DNA of 42,877 nucleotides from Perkinsus olseni (Eukaryota). Location of the stretch: NCBI GenBank assembly GCA_013115125.1, contig JABANN010000284.1:1-42877 (forward strand), read 5' to 3'. Shown here in pieces: positions 24,701 through 34,780 of this stretch. How positions within the stretch are numbered: the first letter of the stretch is position 1; each line of letters begins with the position of its first letter. Made by a program: the position numbers and the translations under genes. The notes under the pieces were generated by a model that worked only from the letters and a program-made list of their open reading frames with translations, did not search any database and was not told the origin of the DNA.

Positions 24701-25005
24701 TCGTGGTCGACCCGCCCCTCTGGTTCGATCTTCCTTCGTTTGTGCACCAACTCGTCCAACCTCTGATCAATCAGATCAGCACAGCCGGCAGCACAATGTC
24801 GCTGGCCAGGCGTATCCTTCGGGAGCTGCTCCACCTCGAGCTACTGCCCGTCGGGGCCGTCCCTGTTGTTATGAGGTTGCTGGGAAAGTTGGAAGGTGTG
24901 AAAGGAGTCTCTGTCCGCACTAATACCGGTGATGACTGGGTGTCAACAACATGCATTGTTCTTGCCAATAGAATCTGCTCGGCTCTCGTAGAGGACGAAT
25001 CTTAG
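21775..25005 (+). CDS. Intronless 1076-aa Leu/Ala/Cys-rich alpha-helical (ARM/HEAT-like) protein with N-terminal CxxC-x13-CxxC
   Basis: Uninterrupted 3.2-kb ORF with amphipathic helical-repeat composition. The N-terminus reads HRCLSC...VCVRCF. Identity is not established. Confidence 0.85.
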   Translation: MGPPPHRCLSCGDSVVRTPRSSVCVRCFALDCANGGSLTIGSLGDLISTGEALCGSLRPGVVTEQILKDILLAANNMAKVDYTVLDKERSKMICRKVDKLSDILVRISSILLSDLTADDCEMLLREYVVDGSALRRLVLGLAHEWGSKASTLVPWLRRLSLPPSPLLSDCLSGRMDEYLLELLDVIIDVHSEESGGADSLWFADFDLALRLVEALPSARDSDGIPGALKLLARLSREDYSLARLLSTPEGYVAPPADIDNFRDRLSTGLTSILASETTTKECIIKSLECASTLLTPQEHRPTNYRAHHKPCEWAAELLSSSNDPDVVAAAGTCVLSILRADPVLATSLKGCICPAALARLAKETSQCPSILASLAEVVLLTCEQQPHCLPDMVRAGVALARVGDLPRSHGILQKAANYSSCLRPGQSIELLNAVMDSLRSGIIDISILIPCLEAAIALQPSLPPEGGARMVHPLLEASAKSRSVSEGVAVCAKLADQLHEAAELPSIRELFMGSSELRLAILSVDGGGKLARSVLDGTLPTPLLPSSTSVKGLSCPPTAIQWQLALTMSPQLDSTRAVCLLAWLFFEVYACGGDVELPLTATTNLNACDVDFNLGLLLAALHASVGHSASRASLIELLSMASPSWEVEDCTLHAPEVIATIISFLAADVETAGPLACRRLLAVVSALVSKRPQLGRDHRIIEVASQCLNRAGQSLEEDRLLAHSMRQLVAAVPTASLDLCVQGPFIIKALSSVGLSSLPFDVTVCEDLLFLLSHCLEGSCSDAPQSRIMASMLRSCVHDLARSLSLANDEVLSPAAPLLLRLCTQASLHSRAEPDPYVMALAERSESGVCGVSYLLSVSALPSASAFSVVPPTVGIERAQWFLQWVRLLLAVNSASRVDSDLIQSLLVPVCETVVVAIEQVPCPVDVLVSATALWVTLRSFSEQALDSLSQEPALSAIASSGDCSQVALLVLILSIVVDPPLWFDLPSFVHQLVQPLINQISTAGSTMSLARRILRELLHLELLPVGAVPVVMRLLGKLEGVKGVSVRTNTGDDWVSTTCIVLANRICSALVEDES

Positions 25006-25205
25006 TGAGGCTTCGAGTCGAGTTATTCAGTGACAACAACACGACAGCCAGCTCGGTGAAACATGAGGCTAATTCGGTTGATGAAAGAACGAACACTCGG
25101 AGTCGAATGAATCCTCCCACGGGTCTTCAACTGGGGGAGGAGGCTTCGCTTCGCTGTCCCTCCTGAAAATAAGAACCATTTGGTTTCTACCGGCTTCGAC
25201 GGGTC

Positions 25206-26482
25206 TCACAAGTAATCAGCCAGCGCGGTGGCGATGCTGCCTCGGCAATCATCGAAGAATTCAGATTCAAGCAATTGACGTGCGTGTGTGTTTCTGAGCC
25301 GAGGGTCGTAGCGGAAGGCCCCGGCGAGCATAGGGAGGGCGGTGGGAGGCAGTCGGGGGATCTGATCGAACACGAATCGACACTGTCGAGCCCAACTGGC
25401 CCAGAAGATACTCACATCTGCTGCTAGTCTACCAGACCAGCTCTGGGCGCTCTCAACTGCGTCTCGGGCGAAGGGGATTTTGCCGTAGTCAGGCAAAAGC
25501 GTTGCCGCTGGCCAATAGCGAAGATCATCTCCGAGGAGATCTGTCGGCCGATCCTTTCGAGGTACCACCAGAGGGCTTCCGCCGAAACGTTTGTAGAGGA
25601 GGAAGAGCTGCTGTATGTCTGTCTGGCCTGAAACGGCTGAGTCGATGCCGACGGGAATGGCAGTGGCCCGACCGGCGATGAGCGGTTGGCCGCGGTACAT
25701 CTCGCAGAGGATGCAGGCCGCTGCCCAGATATCGCAGCTCGAGGTTTGAACCTCCGTGCCCAGCAGGATCTCAGGGGACTGGTACCTGGGAGGGGCGATG
25801 GCAACCTCCTCGAAGAGAGGGAAGCCACCAGCGTGTCGCCACTTCCCGAGTGATGGGTGGTATGCACTCCTTCTCCTCCCCTGACGCCCTCGCCAGCCCG
25901 AAGTCGCAGAGGACTACTCGGCCGTCCCTGATAGAGCGATGGTAGACGACTCGGCATGACGGCAGCTCACCCGTCCAGGAGGATATTGCCGGGCTTCAAG
26001 TCTCGATGCATGATACCCGCATCATGGACGAAGGAGAGACCGTTGAGCACATCCCGACAGATGAGCTTGATCAGGGATGGTGGTAGAGGAGGGTTGCCTA
26101 GTGTGTGTGACGAGGAAGTTGGCCGTTGGCGACCGATCACCGAGCCTACGGTCCATGAGGCTGTCGAGGTCCATGTCGTAAAGCCGCAGTTGCAGGACGA
26201 GGCAGTGGCCCTCAAAGCGGTGGTCGAAGAGGTCGATGATGTTGGGATGGTGGGAGAGGAGGCGAAGGATGAACAGCTCCCTCAAGGCCCCCTTCAAGGA
26301 CTGAATCCCCAGACCTAATGAGGGCATGTTGACGGTGGCCTGCCAAGGGCGGTGGTACCCGAAGTGCTGGTGTGGATCTTCTTCTCGGCTATAGACTCGC
26401 CTCGGTGGGGATCGTCAACCTTGAGGACACTAGAGAAGCGTCCGGCGCCGATTTTGACGATGGGCGGCCTGTTGATCGCCAT
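25206..26482 (-). CDS. Cyclin-dependent-kinase-like protein kinase, most like CDK20/CCRK
   Basis: Spliced motifs: IGAGRFSSV, IAEKKI, GALRELFILRLL, HPNIIDL, IMHRDLKPGNILL, LCDFGLAR, TREVAT, YQSPEILLG, DIWAAACILCEM, GQTDIQQL, WPAATLLPDYGKIPF. DIxQL and LPDYxKIxF recall CDK20/CCRK. The subfamily call is an inference. Confidence 0.85.
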
Positions 26483-26667
26483 CGAAGTATCTTAGGTCGA
26501 ACCGTGCTCGCTGGACGTGCCCCCTGTTCAGTGAACAAATCTTGGAACCCAGAGTCGATCTCGGATTTTCTACGAGTAGCGGTCCAGGATCGATTCTGAG
26601 TTTCAGAACTGGCTCGTTGAACACAAAGCCTATCCTTCAATGAAGCGTGACGGTCGTTCATGGTGTC

Positions 26668-27245
26668 TCATTCATTGTTCATCAACCGCTCCAGTGTAGC
26701 CTTCCTCTCCATCTCGAGTGCCTCCATACTTCGCCTGACCAGCACCAATCGTCGCGCTGCCTTCGCGGCTACCGACCCTCACCGATGCTCCTCTACACGA
26801 GCCAGCTCCCTCCTTTTCTCCGCAAGAACTGTCTGCAAGTGGGCGATTCTGAAGACCATCACAGCACGAACCGACTCCCGCAGGCATCTCACTTTCTCTC
26901 TCGGCCTTCGTCCCGCTCCATAGCCGTCATAGTCCGAGCCCCGATGACCCTCAGCCTGATCAACACGAACACCTCGCCTCGAAGAAGCACTATCTGGCTA
27001 CCGAGCTTCGTCAATCTGCTCAGCTTGGGCAGCTAGGTGGCTAACAACCGTACCGACAACATCGTTGAACCGGGAGGATTCTAAATGGTAGTATACGCCA
27101 ACGCCGCCGGACGAGGGCTGCCCTTACTCGTGGAGAATTCGACAGATGTATCGCGGAGGTCCGTACTGTGAATGTAGGCGTCCTCGGGGAGGACCCTTAG
27201 CCGATTGGCCGAATCGAAGCTCACTGTCACATCGGTGTCAATCAT
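26668..27245 (-). CDS. IFT20: Intraflagellar transport protein 20
   Basis: Spliced product MIDTDVTVSFDSANRLRVLPEDAYIHSTDLRD..FNDVVGTVVSHLAAQAEQIDEARLRVIGARTM..LQTVLAEKRRELARVEEH..ERLMNNE* follows the IFT20 pattern (FDxxNxLRVL...AIGARN...LIAEKKxxLER) and has the expected ~130-aa length. Confidence 0.85.
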
Positions 27246-27618
27246 GATAACAAGATAACCAAATGAAGAACGATTGACACTGGCCCGTGGGCGTTCACTT
27301 CCCCAAGCCAATAATCTTCTCATTGGCACCAACTTTCCACTCGGATTTCCGATATCGAATGATGAGTATGGTAGTTGATGAATTAATAGTCGATCGGTCC
27401 CGAACAGCAACACCATCGAGGATTGTCCTACGCCCCAGGAAAAGAAGATGCACAGAAGCCCGATGGGGCCCTCTTAAGTGCAGCCAACGACCGTCACGAC
27501 TTACCAACTCAACAACTGCGAGAACCACACATTAGACCATCACCTTGATCTCTAATCCACGATCAGTACGACGTTCCGTGGATGATACAACCTAATTACT
27601 CTAACCTAACGATATGGT

Positions 27619-28475
27619 CTACTGTGCGGCAACAGCATTGGCGGCCGGGGGAGCCGGGGGAGGGGCCGCCACAGGCGACGCAGCAGCAGCGGCGGCGTTG
27701 GGGATGGCCTTCTGGACGGGAAGGAAGAGCTTGAACTCCGGAGGCAACTCCTCCTCGCTGAAAATACAAGGCATGCAGAGCAGCAACGCTGCGGATGAGG
27801 GAGATACCTGTACAGACGGTCCGAAAAGTAAACCCTTCTGATGCGGCAATTGGCGTGAAGTTGAATCGCCAAAGTCTCGATGTAGTTGGTGCCATAGGCC
27901 CTCCTGGTGAAATCAGAGAGGTTGAACTGAAGAGATGGTATCGAGCGATGATACTCGCGCGGAATGGCGGCTAACTTGAATCTGGTTCCAGCCCTCATCA
28001 AGTCTCATCGGCATCGTGCAGATGAAGGGCTTTACTCGGGTCGTCCTTTGATAGTTGGACGCCCGGAACCTCCGACGAATGCCCTTGTCGTCAAGAACGG
28101 CAACTTCGAAGGTGAAGTACTTTTTCAACTGACAAGAAGGTAAAGATGAACCGTAAAGGGACCCGAGAGGCCAACTCACGTTCTTAATTATCATCACCAA
28201 AAATGGCAACTTGATGCCGAGAGTCTTCCGCGGGTCAGCAGGGCACTTGATGAAAGTAGTGGCAACATTGGTGCCCATAATCTCCAATACCTGCAGAGAG
28301 AGATCTGGAAGCTTCCAAGCAGCATGTGAAGACCACTCACGCTCGATTGGATGTCCGAATCGGTGAGGCGCTTGATGTGGCCGTTCCTGACTTGGTCAGC
28401 CCAGATCTGCAGAGGCTTGCTGCCCACCGAGTACAGCACCGAGAGAAATCCGGACTGGAAGGTGTTCTTGAACAT
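27619..28475 (-). CDS. CFAP20: Cilia- and flagella-associated protein 20 (BUG22/FAP20), 5 exons
   Basis: Near-invariant family sequence: [114 protein letters not shown], followed by an Ala/Pro-rich tail. Confidence 0.98.
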
Positions 28476-28815
28476 TCTTGGTAAACGCCAATGTAACTTA
28501 GAAGCGAACTCAACTGTACGTGAACTCGGGAACCGTTTCCTCGGATCTTGCGCACAGCGATGAAAATGCCGCTTCGCTCCGCTAAGGTAAACGCCACTTT
28601 CGTGGCGTGCGCTTTTAACAAAGAGGCCCGAGTGTTGTCGCGTGCTGCGTGACGCGGGAGCGCGTTGATTTAGTGTTGTCCCCCCTGCAGCGCTTAGCGT
28701 TCACTCCGCTCTTTCTCAGGATCTCACTGAATCAGTCATTTTAGCTGTCACAGTCAGCAGTCTTGTCGTTCTGCCTCTTGCTGGACCGTGTATCATCCTA
28801 ACTAGTATTACCGCC
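28476..28815. promoter_or_regulatory. Putative bidirectional promoter region between CFAP20 and the Mei2-like gene
   Basis: A 340-bp interval between divergent start codons, containing CG-rich motifs (CGCGTG, GACGCGGG, AGCGCGTT). Function is inferred from position only. Confidence 0.4.
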
Positions 28816-30116
28816 ATGGACAATCCACCTCTACCACCACCTAATTTCATGAAGGGTGAGCACCAGCTGTGTCCTCGGGGAGCTTATTGTTCCTCTGCCC
28901 TCAGTTTCCCGTATGAGAGCCCACACCATCGCTTCCAGTGGGCAGCAAAGCCTTCCTACTACCGCCAAGACCTTTCGACGTCCCCGTTGTGTTTCGTCCT
29001 CTGCCGGTGGGACAGGGTTCGCACACAAGCAAGTCCCTCGGAGGGTAAGCCCATCGTCATCAGTCCTCCGTCAATGCTTCTTATCAGATTGATCTCACCA
29101 ACCAGGCCGTGGCCAACCCCGACGCGGTAGCATATCCAACAACCCTGATGCTGCGTAACATACCGAATCGCTACACGCAAGGAGAAATGCTAGCCGAGAT
29201 CGACGGCGACCTGGGCTTCAAGGGAACGTGAGCTCGCTGTTGCTGCTGCTCTCGGTGAACCCAACCCGCCAGGTACGACTTCTTTTATATGCCCACGGAC
29301 GTTCAGAACAAGTGCAATGTCGGCTATGGTTTTATCAATTTCCGAACGGCTACTGACTGCACGCTCTTCCAAGCTGCCTTCGAGAAGTATCATTTTCGCA
29401 AGTTCAATTCGAAAAAGATTGGAAAAGTAAGTAGACGGCGACTGCTCCCGAACCGTCCCTGTAATGCTTATCATCGTCAGACGTGCTTTGGACACATCCA
29501 AGGCCTGGAGGCTAACATCTCTCACTTCAAGAAAGCTCATGTTGGCAATTGGGATGCTGACCGTCCTTTGGTCTTCCTTGAAGATGGTCGGGTGGTTAGT
29601 GTCCGCGTAGCCGCATCAATTCTGCCGCTTCGCCGACCAACACAACCAAGCACACAGGAGGTTCTCAAGAGCTCAGTTATCGACACTCGTATAGGGGCAC
29701 AGGATTGTCCTGAGCCAGTGACTTCTGCTGCTGCTGATGTTTCGGCGACCGGTGTTGGAAGTCATCACCGCTCTCTACCTCAAAAGTCGGCATGGACGAG
29801 TAACTTTGATATCGCGAGTCTGGATTATGACCCGGATTTTTTTAGAGGATCACCCGCATCGGGTGGAAGTACAATAGACGACATCTTCGCGGACGTCGAG
29901 GACATGGTGCCTCGCCGTGACCACTCTCTAAGCGTCGATGATATGATATATAGAAAAAAGTTTATAGATATACCTTTAGAGACATCGGGTGGAAGTCCTG
30001 ATATACATATCAACATTGACGTCTTGGCTCGTGATGCAAGTCATCATCATCCTTATCATCTTAATATGGCAAAGAGCCCTATTGTGACCGACCTGATTTC
30101 GCCTTGGTCATGCTGA
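28816..30116 (+). CDS. Mei2-like RNA-binding protein (single Mei2-type RRM3 / RRM_2 domain)
   Basis: PTTLMLRNIPNRYTQGEML..GFKGT|YDFFYMPTDVQNKCNVGYGFINF..F..FNSKKI..GHIQGLEANISHF..RPLVF is the diagnostic Mei2 C-terminal RRM signature. Confidence 0.9.
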
Positions 30117-30159
30117 CTCTCGTACTTTGAGTGGTCAGTCTATCTACCATTGATCGTTA

Positions 30160-32200
30160 ATGATCGGCGACTCCTGGACTACGACCTATTCTTCCTACTC
30201 GAAGGTCATCCTGCCATTATTGGCTATTATGACGATCCCTTCACGTAGAGCAGCATCACCACACTTCATCACCATTGGAGTCTTCTTGGCTTGGCTCAAC
30301 CGCGTCTGTTACAGACGACAGTATCATCACCACCACCACCACAATCACCACCAGCGGCAGGATTCCTGCTTCTTCAGCCATCTCGTACTACTCTTCCCTC
30401 TCGTGTTCAGTCAATTAGTTCTGGAGGATTCTCGTTTGCGCACAGCAATGCAGCTCAGCGGCTATTCATCGATCGGCCGCCACGACCTCGGTCACTTGAG
30501 TATCAGCGAGCCTTGGAGTGATTGACAATCTTGGCGGCGAAGTCAACCAGTCCTACTCTCTTCCATCTGCACAGTAGCTGATGACCTTCATGTCCATGAC
30601 GATACCTCATCCTTCGATGAAGCCCTCCAGTGATAGTGCTCGCCGAGCAAGGGAGGTGAGCAGCAGCAGCAGCAGCAGCAGACCTCAGCCGCTGTTGACC
30701 CGAAGTGAGCTCCTCTAGGCTATCTATCACGCCGAGCCCGAGAACACTACCTATGGCAACGTCTCCACTGGTGGCTTCGATCCCTCTGGTAGTATTCCCT
30801 TCAAGTATCGACCTGCTACTGATTTGATAGGTGATGGCAGTTCGCGTGGCGCCGAGTGGATCATGCACCTTCCTTTGGACGGCTCTTTAGAGCATCTTAC
30901 CGAGAAGGTCCCCGGCCGATTGCCAGCCATCGCGTGATCGTACTCTCAGACGTTGCACCACTTCCTCAACGCTACGATCGACGCCACTTCGACCGTAACA
31001 CCGACCTACCTCACAGTTCGGGTGAGTTGGCGACCTTCGCGAGGGTACCGGAGGAAGATCGCTTCCCTTGGAAGGTGCTGGATGGCGTCGCCGTCGCCGG
31101 AGAGATGCCCATCATCGCCGAATGCTGCATCGGCTTCGCGGACGTCGATTTATTCAGAGTACCACCGTTTCTGTCGTTCAACTAGCAAGGGGCCGCCTGC
31201 AGGAGTTTCTACTTCGTCACGTCCAAGGGGGTCAAGATGCTGTCTTTTGTGCGGAGGTCATGACCATGCTTAGAAAAACGGCAGAAGCTGAACCGTAGTG
31301 GGCTAACTGCGAGGCCCATGTTGATCATGTGGGTAGGGTGAATCATCTAGGGAAGGCCACTTCGGCGAGGAGGAGGAATGGTGGAGGCGAGGAAGTTAGC
31401 CCAGTCTTTGTCGACCTTCACCGCATGATGATGAGGAGAGGATCGTGTGCGCCGATGACGATAAGAAGCCAGATGGACAGGAAAGGTGAGTCGTGGTTGA
31501 ACGCGGCAGCTGATCCTCAGACCCATTGCTCAGCGGAGTGGGTGCGTGGATTGAACCGTCGAGAGGTGCTGGCCCTGCGTAGCTATCTGGAGGCGTGTCT
31601 ACGGCGAGGGAAGGAGGTCACATGGGCAGAGGTATCCGAGGTCGATCCGTGGAAGATACGGGAAGGTGGTGATCTCGATTTCAGTTCATCAAGCACGTCC
31701 CCGCAGCCGTCGACTCTACCAGAGCGTCCGGTGTGGGCCGACAGGAGTTCATCAAGTCCGCGCGGTCCTCTCGTGGGGGTTCCCTCGATAGTAGAAGGGA
31801 TTCCTCAGTGCTTACTGCCGGTGAGAAGGACGGCTCGCAGTTACTCCCAAGTATGATTCCTGGCAGGTGGTGGTGGTGGTGGACCCTTCGACGAGTCGAG
31901 GATGTGGAGCGGCAGAGGTCGTGAGGGCAGTCTCAGGCTTGACGCGTCTACGATGACTAGTAGTCGACGGAGCCCCAACACTCCTGGCGGGCTGGTCTCG
32001 GCTGGGCGGTTCGACAAGCAGGCCTCGGTTAGGAGGGAGACCGCTTTAGGAGCCAGGCTGAGAGAAGAGAATCGTAACGGCAATGGCAGGCTAATGGCAA
32101 AGGTGAGGCTTCCGCTGAGTCAGCGAGATTCTTACTCGCCATCTTCCGGAAGCTGTGGGTCCACAGGCCCTGCATGGTGGACGAGGAAGCCATCCACCTA
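30160..32200 (+). CDS. Hypothetical multi-exon protein (boundaries uncertain)
   Basis: A chain of exon-like blocks with GT/AG ends (e.g. VPEEDRFPWKVLDG..FADVDLFR; LQEFLLRHVQGGQDAVFCAEVM; EWVRGLNRREVLALRSYLEACL). No recognisable domain. Confidence 0.4.
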
Positions 32201-32617
32201 GGGCGCATTCCGCGGGAGCATCTACAGGAAGGCGACAGCGAGTGGACAGACAAGAGAGGAGACACAGCAGTCTCGTAGCTGATACTTCGGTAGTACTGTA
32301 TTGGGGAAAATGGTTTTCTCCGAGTAAGGTCATCAGGTTCACCCTCCTGAAGCAGCTTTTACCCCAGCTGCTAATCGAACGTTCCTGGAGCCACCACCTG
32401 CAGGAGGTAGGAGCCATCGCCGGGACTGGTCGGAGGATGGGGCCTGCTCGTATAGAGCTGCACACCGCAATGAGGGTTGATTATCCCCATCGCCCAGAAC
32501 AGCGTGGTGGGCATCCTCAAGTGGTGGATACCTGGATCGAACCCCCGGCCAATGACAGCTACATTGGCAGTAGGATGGGGGGAGTCGCTGGCCAGGAAAT
32601 CATCTTATCGTGACAGG

Positions 32618-33087
32618 CTATCCCAATGGGCCCGTCCTTTCTGCACCTCTGCTGACCGCTGGGACCGCGGATGGTCCTGGGCCACTCAAGAACGGTGGCA
32701 TCCCGCTGATGTCTCCACTGTAGGCTTCGGGTGGTTGTCGACGTGAGTGTAGCTTGCAGTAGAGCGCGCCATCTCTGTTGTGAAAGCGCGTGATGAAATC
32801 AGCTACTGAGCATCCAAGGTCGCTCTTGCAATCATAGACGATACTCCGGTTCTTTTCTTGCAGCGTGTCCATGACCTCGACTATGTGAGCCTTGCCGCCT
32901 TGAATGCGTTTCAGTTACTCCAGGATTAGCAGCCCGACGACAGCGCCAGTGCTGTCTTCTGGAGCCGCGCCGAGATCAAGTCCCCTCAGCTCATGTGCAT
33001 CCTTGGGACCTCCATCAGTGGCAACCCCTCTCCCTTCTCGAACCTCAGCAGGGGGGTTGTGGCCCTTCATGGGAGCTGTACTCATGC
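32618..33087 (-). pseudogene. Degenerate ORF with an in-frame stop, containing a dispersed repeat shared with 41.4 and 42.2 kb
   Basis: Frame MSTAPMKGHNPPAEV..DSTGAVVGLLILE*LKRIQGGKAHIVEVMDTL.. is continuous apart from one TAA. CAGCCCGACGACAGCGCCAGTGCT (~32930-32953) recurs at ~41418-41441. Confidence 0.4.
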
Positions 33088-34780
33088 CATCGCCGATGGG
33101 GCTGGTCTATCAGCGCGTCCCGTGAAGTATCCGCAAGCGTGAAGCCCAAGCCGCGATAAGTCGTCTGTTGTAAATTTTACCGTACACTGAGTATCCTATC
33201 GTCAATGTAATGCCGTTGCATGTTTCGAATTGAGTCGAAGTGGAAGTGAGTGACTCCATCGTGTAATGAGCTTCAAGCGTCTGATTACGTGCTTGTCATT
33301 GCTGATGGTTGCTGTCTTGCGCTTCCCATCAATGAGTTCTCAGTGGAAGGTCTCCTGGCTCGGGTGGCTGCTGTGTATCGTTATTTTGATGGATTCATCT
33401 AAATTCGCTTCGGAAGTAACTTCCGTAGTGCGGCATCGCCTTTCCCGAAGTATATTCGACCCAGTTTCCATGGCGTTACCTGCAAAGAGCATCAGCGGGC
33501 TGCCTACAAAATGGTCCCTCAATTTGGGCCACGAATGAAGGGTTTGGAGATATCGTGATTACTCGAATCCACATGAGAGCGTGATGAATAGAGTCGTTCA
33601 CTACGGTGGAGCTGAGCGAGGCCACGGAACCTTGTTGTACCACCTCGAAGACGAAACGTTTGTTGGCTTCCGGGTTTGCAGGTTCTGGTTCCAAGATCTT
33701 GGTTTGTCCTTCAATTAGCGGTTCGGAGGAAGACGGAATCACCGGACTCTGCAACTGTGCGCCGAGTATGAGAGTCGTGCCGTTGAGAGCCTCACATTGT
33801 AAGGTTGGGGTCCGGTTATGCAGAGTTAGATGCAACTTGCAGTGTAGCCCGCTACTGTCAAAACTAAAAATCCTACGGATAAAATATAATCCGAAGTATG
33901 GCAGTCAAGTGCGCCACATGCGCGCACACATCGTATGCATGAGCGTGATGCCCTACTCGCACTTCACATCAAGGAGACCTCGTTCGGACGGTATGACGAG
34001 GCTTCGGCTCCAACGCGGACTAGAAGTATATGAGAGTTTGCCCGGAACTCATCAACGCGACTCTCAGGAGGTGTCATTAAGACGATCGAGAATTGACTAC
34101 TGAGGGCGCCTTAGTACGCCTTAGTAAGGCGTAGGCCTTATCGGAGCTCGAGTATACGAAATACTACGGCTACCTACTACGACTCAGAAGTTGGATACTG
34201 CATATGAATAGAAGACTGGCCATGGCTCGGCCCGAGCAAAACACACGTGCTCGTTGTTGCACGCGATCGTCGCATTTAGCGTCGAAAGATAGACAGAAAC
34301 GTAATAGCGAGTAACAACTCACGTCCAGGTGACTTGACAACATCACTTCCCACCAGGAAGTGGCGATCATGGGTGTCTATCGTGGGAAAAACGAGGAAAA
34401 CAAAAAAACGGGGGAAATGGAGGCGCGAGACACCTACCGGCGGCCGTGGTCCGAGCAACGGCACGGCCGTGCGTCCGTAAGGGTCACAGCAACGACGAGA
34501 GCGACCGCCTATGAGCGGAGCTAAAGAGGCAGAGTTAGCTCACCGGCGGTGAGCTGCTCACCTATGATGACAAGATGGTGCCAATGCCATGGCGACATCA
34601 CTGGCAATGAAGGAGGTTCGTAATGGATGAAGTTCACATCGCAAAGAGCTCAGGTGTTGGTCTCGAGGTCTCGCGGCTGTTACCGGAGGCATGGTACAGC
34701 ATGCCATGCGAGCATTGCCAACACACCAATGATACAAGGGTTGTATTATCAACCGGCAAGAGGAGTGGCTTTCACCAAAA

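Noticed and set aside
33200-34760. ORFs of 60-165 aa on both strands
   Set aside because: No recognisable motifs or consistent splice chain. It may be decayed coding DNA, but I cannot support a call.
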